From the NCBI RefSeq assembly GCF_009914755.1, contig NC_060937.1: 64,000 nucleotides of DNA; one strand, given 5' to 3'. This document shows positions 61,301 through 64,000 of this stretch, one piece after another. A model generated the notes under the pieces. It was given only the letters and a program-made list of their open reading frames with translations. It ran no database searches and was not told the DNA's origin. The position numbers and the translations under genes are program-made. The first letter of the stretch is position 1; each line of letters opens with the position of its first letter. Origin of the DNA: the human T2T-CHM13v2.0 reference genome, Homo sapiens.

Positions 61301-64000
61301 ATACTGTACAAAAAATATCAAAGTACCCAAAACATGTATTATATACTGTTCATAAAATATGAAAGTACATCAAATATATATTTTATTCTGTACATAAAAT
61401 ATCAAAGTACACCAAATATATATTCTATAGTGTACATAAAATATAAAAGTACCCAAACTATACATTATATACTGTACATAAAATATGAAATTACAGCAAA
61501 TATATATTACATTAGGTACATAAAATATGAAAGTACATCAAATATAAATTATATACTGTACATAAAATACCAAAGTACCCCCAATATATATTATATAATG
61601 TACATGAAATATCAAAGTTCACAAACTATATATTATATACTGCACATAAAATATCAAAGTACCCAAGGTATATATTCTATACTGTACAAAAAATATCAAA
61701 TTACCCAAAACAGGTATTATATACTGTACATAAAATATGAAAGTACACCAAATATATATTCTATAGTGTACATAAAATATCAAAGTACCCAAACCATACA
61801 TTATATACTGTACATAAAATATGAAATTACATCAAATATATATTATATTAGGTACATAAAATGTGAAAGTACATCAAATATAGATTATATAGTGTACATA
61901 AAATACCAAATTACCCCAAATATATATTATATACTGTACATGAAATATCAAAGTTCACAAACTATATATTATATACTGTACATAAAATATGAAAGTACCG
62001 AAGGTATATATTCTATACTCTACAAAAAATATCAAAGTACCCAAAGCATGTATTATATACGATACATAAAATATGGAATTACATCAAATATATATTTAAT
62101 TCTGTACATAAAATATCAAAGTACACCAAATATATATTCTATAGTGTACATAAAATATCAAAGTACCCAAACTATACATTATATACTGTACATAAAATAT
62201 GAAATTACGTCAAATATATATTATATTATGTACATAAAATATGAAAGTACATCAAATATAGATTATATACTGTACATAAAATACCAAAGTACACCAAATA
62301 TATATTTTATACTGTACATGAAATATCAAAGTTCACAAACTACATATTATATACTGTAGATAAAATATCAAAGTACCCAAGGTATATATTCTATACTGTA
62401 CAAAAAATATCAAAGTACCCAAAGCATGTATTATATACTGTACATAAAATATGAAAGTACATCAAATATAGATTTTACTCTGTACATAAAATATCAAAGT
62501 ACACTAAATATATATTCTATAGTGTACATAAAATATCAAACTACCCAAACTATACATTATATACTGTACATAAAATATGAAATTACATCAAATTTATATT
62601 ATATTAGGTACATAAAATATGAAAGTACATCAAATATAAATTATATACTGTACATAAAATACCAAAGTACCCCAAATATATATTATATACTGTACATGCA
62701 ATATCAAAGTTCACAAACTGTATATCATATACTGTACATAAAATATCAAAGTACCGAAGGTATATATTCTATACTGTACAAAAAATATCAAAGTACCCAA
62801 AGCATGTATTATATACTGTACATAAAATATGAAAGTACATCAAATATATATTTTATTCTGTACATAAAATATCAAAGTACACAAAATATATATTCTATAC
62901 TGTACATAAAATATCAAAGTACCCAAACTATACATTATATACTGTACATAAAACATGAAATTACATCAAATATATATTATATTATGTACATAAAATATGA
63001 AAGTACATCAAATATAGATTATATACTGTACATAAAACACCAAAGTACACCAAATATATATTTTATACTGTACATGCAATATCAAAGTTCACAAACTATA
63101 TATTATATACTGTACATAAAATATCAAAGTACCCAAGGTATATATTCTATACTGTACAAAAAATATCAAAGTACCCAAAGCATGTATTATATACTGTACA
63201 TAAAATATGAAAGTACATCAAATATATATTTTATTCTGTACATAAAATATCAAAGTACACTAAATATATATTCTATAGTGTACATAAAATATCAAAGTAC
63301 CCAAACTATACATTATATACTGTACATAAAATATGAAATTACATCAAATATATATTATATTAGGTACATAAAATATGAAAGTACATCAAATATAGATTAT
63401 ATACTGTACATAAAATACCAAAGTTCCCCAAATACATATTATATACTGTACATGAAATATCAAAGTTCACAAACTATATATTATATACTGTACATAAAAT
63501 ATCAAAGTACCCAAGTTATATATTCTATACTGTACAAAAAATATCAAAGTACCCAAAGCAAGTATTATATACTGTACATAAAATATGAAAGTACATCAAA
63601 TATATATTTTATTCTGTACATAAAATATCAAAGTACACCAAATATATATTCTATAGTGTACATAAAATATCAAAGTACCCAAACTATACATTATATACTT
63701 TACATAAAATATGAAATTACATCAAATATATATTATATTAGGTACATAAAATATGAAAGTACATCAAATATAAATTATATACTGTACATAAAATACCAAA
63801 GTACCCCAAATATATATTATAAACTGTACATGCAATATCAAAGTTCACAAACTATATATCATATACTGTACATAAAATATCAAAGTACCGAAGTTATATA
63901 TTCTATACTGTACAAAAAATATCAAAGTACCCAAAGCATGTATTATATACTGTACATAAAATATGAAATTACATCAAATATATATTATATTATGCACATA

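Larger units (their letters stand above)
1..64000 (+). repeat. Human satellite 1A (HSat1A / SAR) tandem array, 42-bp monomer
   Basis: Seen: TGTACATAAAATAT(C/G)AAAGTAC recurs every 42 bp over the whole window; the consensus is about 79% A+T with no CpG; two GTAC (RsaI) sites per monomer are spaced 17 and 25 bp. Established: classical human satellite 1 (HSat1A) is a 42-bp repeat made of 17-bp and 25-bp RsaI subunits. Orientation is constant, with an A/C-rich + strand. Confidence 0.96.
1..64000 (+). repeat. 378-bp higher-order repeat of 9 distinguishable 42-bp monomers
   Basis: Seen: a fixed cyclic order of nine monomer types, readable in the open frame as m1 YIKYQSTQTIHYIL, m2 YIKYEITSNIYYIR, m3 YIKYESTSNIDYIL, m4 YIKYQSTPNIY(F/Y)IL, m5 YMKYQSSQTIYYIL, m6 YIKYQSTQGIYSIL, m7 YKKYQSTQSMYYIL, m8 YIKYESTSNIYFIL, m9 YIKYQSTPNIYSI(V/L); 9x42=378. 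Established: a 378-bp 9-mer periodicity is described for HSat1A. Confidence 0.96.

Noticed and set aside
1701-61801. Short hydrophobic minus-strand ORFs (60-74 aa, MYSLGTLIFYV...) resembling small membrane peptides or toxins
   Set aside because: They are the reverse-complement of the same repeat and appear only where a variant or monomer junction removes a minus-strand stop (for example TCA>TGA on the + strand). Hydrophobicity follows from the T-rich composition.
61-62359. Plus-strand ORFs of 60-1,386 aa as protein-coding genes
   Set aside because: They are pure translations of the 42-bp satellite (14-aa period). Starts and ends are set by sporadic indels and nonsense variants, and there is no unique domain or gene structure.
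1-64000. CRISPR-like arrangement of a conserved ~23-bp core with variable intervening sequence
   Set aside because: The intervening segments are homologous to one another and cycle with period 9. There are no unique spacers, leader or cas genes.
1-64000. Alpha satellite, HSat1B, HSat2/3, or an AT-rich protist/organelle repeat gene
   Set aside because: There is no 171-bp period or CENP-B box, no Alu-derived 2.4-kb unit and no CATTC repeats. The 42/378-bp structure with 17+25 RsaI spacing fits HSat1A.
1-64000. TGTACA palindrome every 42 bp as a steroid-receptor-like site or hairpin system
   Set aside because: It is only a 6-bp palindrome intrinsic to the monomer, with no properly spaced second half-site and no long inverted repeats.
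63900-64000. Apparent m7-to-m2 jump (3-monomer deletion) at the window end
   Set aside because: It is truncated by the window edge and cannot be distinguished from a mutated or converted m8 without downstream sequence.
1-64000. Inversions or transposon insertions within the array
   Set aside because: I saw none while reading: strand asymmetry and monomer orientation are constant and no non-satellite segment was found. A very short insertion could have been missed by eye.

Overview
The entire 64 kb is one uninterrupted, single-orientation AT-rich satellite array. It has a 42-bp monomer (consensus approx. TACATAAAATATCAAAGTACCCAAACTATATATTATATACTG, 33/42 A+T, with GTAC sites spaced 17 and 25 bp) organised into a 378-bp nine-monomer higher-order repeat (HOR). 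This matches human satellite 1A (HSat1A/SAR), known from the chr3 and chr4 centromeric regions and the acrocentric short arms; I cannot assign the chromosome or exclude a great-ape source. I see no genes, RNA genes, transposons, CRISPR arrays or inversions. The long Tyr/Ile-rich ORFs arise because 42 is a multiple of 3 and one + frame of the consensus lacks stops. What is notable is the nested architecture readable from shared variants: a ~5-kb tandem duplication (5.4-15.5 kb), a 377-bp variant run, a 756-bp (18-mer) domain, three tandem copies of a ~11.9-kb macro-unit (24.2-51.5 kb; 11,120, 11,876 and 4,361 bp), a 2.5-kb block repeated 37.6 kb away, circularly permuted blocks, recurrent 4-monomer deletions and short conversion-like patches. 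All offsets were derived by eye from marker variants and ORF coordinates, and block boundaries are approximate. I found no supportable novel protein-coding system.
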